Below are positions 63,036-64,000 of a stretch of DNA of 64,000 nucleotides, piece by piece. The notes under the pieces are model-generated. The model searched no databases and was not told the DNA's origin. It saw nothing but the letters and a program-made list of their open reading frames with translations. Position 1 is the stretch's first letter. Each line of letters starts with the position of its first letter. The DNA comes from an uncultured bacterium (GTDB lineage Bacteria > Omnitrophota > Omnitrophia > Omnitrophales > Aquincolibacteriaceae). The translations under genes and the position numbers were made by a program. The DNA is taken from assembly GCA_964562525.1 (NCBI GenBank), contig CAZLTL010000010.1:15389-79388 (forward strand), given 5' to 3'.

Positions 63036-64000
63036 ATGATCAACGCGGCGGATAAAAGCAGGAAACAGAGAATGTGTTTTCTTGCTGTTTTTTTCTTTTC
63101 TTTTTTTAGTGTTTTTTCTTACCCGGGATGGAGCGCAACACCTGAGGCGGAAGAAATCAAGGGTGAGGAACAGGCTGTTTTAACGAATGCGCCTGAAGTC
63201 CCACCGCCAATCACGCGTAAGCATGCCACCAAAGTGATTGTAAAAATAGAGGTTCGTGAAGCCGTCAGCCGGCTTGCGGATGGAGTGGATTACACTTTTT
63301 GGACTTTTGGCGGCCATGTGCCTGGTCCCTTTGTGCGCGTGCGTGAGGGCGATCTTGTTGAAGTCCATCTCAGTAATCATCCTGACAGTAAAATGCCGCA
63401 TAATATTGATCTTCATTCCGTTACGGGACCGGGTGGCGGTGCGGCGTCTTCATTTACAGCGCCCGGGCACACATCTATTTTTTCATTTAAAGCCATCAAT
63501 TCGGGGCTTTATGTTTATCATTGCGCGACGGCTCCCGTTGGTATGCATGTCGCGAATGGAATGTATGGATTGATTTTGGTTGAGCCCAAGCATGGTTTGG
63601 AGAAAGTCGATCGCGAATACTATGTCATGCAGAGCGAATTTTATACCAAAGATAAATACGGCACCGCAGGACTGCAGCCTTTTGATATGGAGAAAGCTTT
63701 GAAGGAGCAGCCCGATTATGTGGTGTTCAATGGCTCCGTTGGAGCTTTGTCGGGAGATGCCGCTCTGAAAGCGAATGTCGGTGAAACAGTGCGATTGTTT
63801 GTTGGTAATGGCGGACCCAATTTAGTTTCGTCTTTTCATGTTATCGGTGAAATTTTTGATAGGGTTTATATTGAGGGCGGCGGCATTTTTTCCAGCAATG
63901 TTCAAACTACTTTGGTTCCCGCAGGCGGATCAGCCATTACTCAATTTAAAGTCGAAGTGCCCGGAACTTATATTCTTGTGGATCACTCTATTTTTAGAGC
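63036..64000 (+). CDS. nirK: copper-containing nitrite reductase (NirK), 3'-truncated by the window end
   Basis: Signal peptide; type-1/type-2 Cu ligands in [15 protein letters not shown] and [26 protein letters not shown]; ribosome-binding site AAGGGGGAAG; the ORF runs off the window. Confidence 0.9.
   Translation, partial: MINAADKSRKQRMCFLAVFFFSFFSVFSYPGWSATPEAEEIKGEEQAVLTNAPEVPPPITRKHATKVIVKIEVREAVSRLADGVDYTFWTFGGHVPGPFVRVREGDLVEVHLSNHPDSKMPHNIDLHSVTGPGGGAASSFTAPGHTSIFSFKAINSGLYVYHCATAPVGMHVANGMYGLILVEPKHGLEKVDREYYVMQSEFYTKDKYGTAGLQPFDMEKALKEQPDYVVFNGSVGALSGDAALKANVGETVRLFVGNGGPNLVSSFHVIGEIFDRVYIEGGGIFSSNVQTTLVPAGGSAITQFKVEVPGTYILVDHSIFR

Noticed and set aside
1-64000. CRISPR arrays, transposase/integrase genes, toxin-antitoxin or restriction-modification systems
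   Set aside because: No regularly spaced direct-repeat arrays and no ORFs with DDE, tyrosine-recombinase or serine-recombinase hallmarks were seen. The putative mobile signatures are limited to tRNA-end duplication, the TIR element and repeat families.

Overview
Bacterial chromosomal window with two distinct parts. Positions 1-39.6 kb are a dense, mostly plus-strand run of housekeeping genes. In order: lptF/G-like permease, comF, rpsU, hisS, aspS, phoH-ybeY, recO, folK, panC-panD, nadX-like, uvrA, cutA, comEA, glyQS, ppdK, rpoD-like sigma factor, apt, tRNA-Arg(CCT), xseAB-ispA-dxs, nadK, response regulator, gltX, yicC-gmk-rpoZ, coaC+coaB as separate genes, pfk, tRNA-Cys(GCA). The sigma factor and one other protein carry lysine/alanine-rich, histone-H1-like N-terminal tails, which hints at a PVC-type or candidate-phylum organism.

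From about 39.7 kb the character changes to an accessory, anaerobic and nitrosative-stress segment. It opens with a 5' half of a tRNA-Leu(UAA) and about 0.8 kb without ORFs. Next come a truncated Rrf2 paralog coupled to a Crp/Fnr (Dnr/NnrR-like) regulator, and the anaerobic ribonucleotide reductase nrdDG. The most unusual element follows: a tightly packed, uncharacterised cluster. It has a DGC-like protein, a HemY-type FAD oxidase, an AhbD/NirJ-like radical-SAM/SPASM enzyme, a BioB-family enzyme, an SPL-like radical-SAM enzyme and a ThiH/HydE-like radical-SAM enzyme on the plus strand. These converge on a minus-strand B12-binding radical-SAM enzyme and a hotdog thioesterase, and are followed by a FabB-type KAS I and a 604-aa unknown. 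The window ends with a nitrosative-stress/denitrification module: RIC/YtfE, a PNPOx-like protein, a full-length Rrf2/NsrR, hemerythrin, qNOR, an AlgE-like outer-membrane barrel, and a partial NirK. Four copies of a palindrome built on GATAAGCTTATC sit in front of these promoters; two are 20-bp perfect.

Further signals are an 18-bp duplication of the tRNA-Arg 3' end that brackets a 278-bp structured insert, a recurring intergenic hairpin family (CTCTGCGCC-N3-4-GGCGCAACCG) with a longer ~90-bp relative, a 21-bp perfect terminal-inverted-repeat element, and paired TATGAT-N4-ATCATA palindromes. No CRISPR array, transposase or integrase gene was recognised.
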